Below, piece after piece: positions 42,526 to 42,531 of a stretch of DNA of 42,531 bases (positions within the stretch are counted from its first letter, which is position 1; the number at the start of each line of letters is the position of its first letter). Both the position numbers and the translations under genes were made by a program. The stretch covers positions 1 to 42,531 of the forward strand of contig CAZHHS010000001.1 of assembly GCA_964532395.1 (NCBI GenBank), written 5' to 3'. The notes under the pieces are model-generated. The model ran no database searches. It was not told the DNA's origin and saw only the letters and a program-made list of their open reading frames with translations. The DNA comes from an uncultured Desulfobacterales bacterium (GTDB lineage Bacteria > Desulfobacterota > Desulfobacteria > Desulfobacterales > C00003060).

Positions 42526-42531
42526 CAGAAT

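Noticed and set aside
1-42531. Mobile elements, prophage or defence islands, CRISPR arrays, tRNA and rRNA genes
   Set aside because: I saw no transposase, integrase or recombinase-like ORFs, no regularly spaced direct repeats, and no tRNA- or rRNA-like sequences when reading through. The window looks like core chromosomal metabolism and signalling genes.

Overview
Gene-dense 42.5-kb chromosomal window with about 44 protein-coding genes on both strands. I recognised no rRNA, tRNA, CRISPR array, transposase or integrase by eye. The gene content suggests a strictly anaerobic Desulfobacterota/Thermodesulfobacteriota-like bacterium, but that taxonomic guess is inference only. It rests on a membrane-anchored tetrahaem c3-type cytochrome in front of rnf, many sigma-54 and two-component genes, two-CW and multi-PAS kinases, and tungstate uptake.

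Gene order, left to right:
- alpha/beta hydrolase and AI-2E transporter (-)
- tupABC-like tungstate ABC importer (+)
- J-domain protein and pyrE (-)
- DHA2-type MFS exporter (+)
- a three-gene soluble flavin/FeS oxidoreductase (NuoE-like, NuoF-like, NuoG-N-terminus+GltD fusion) resembling Sporomusa-type Nfn (StnABC)
- a four-gene phosphorelay (PAS kinase, REC, REC-HisKA_3 kinase, NarL-type regulator)
- a PilZ protein
- a sigma-54-promoted CBS-REC-PAS-kinase operon
- a convergent receiver-less sigma-54 activator plus a stand-alone REC
- a sigma-54-promoted 11-gene Mrp/Mbh-type membrane module (mrpEFG, DUF4040-like, BCDD, two small TM proteins, third antiporter-like subunit) with no hydrogenase or other redox module
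- a cNMP-binding protein
- a second kinase pair (two-CW multi-PAS kinase plus REC-kinase) with a divergent REC
- a cytochrome c-rnfCDGEAB operon followed by an orphan hydrogenase-maturation-type protease

Most noteworthy:
1. The Rnf operon is atypical. RnfC lacks the glycine-rich FMN/NADH loop and the acidic loop that the NuoF-like protein in this same window retains. RnfD lacks an (S/T)GA(T/S) flavinylation motif. RnfB is fused to a ~500-aa GltD/NfnB-type FAD/NAD(P)H oxidoreductase.
2. The Mrp-type module and the CBS-REC-kinase operon carry near-identical sigma-54 promoters. Both have a shared 16-nt palindromic motif about 97 bp upstream.

All functional calls come from motif recognition by eye. 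No database search was run.
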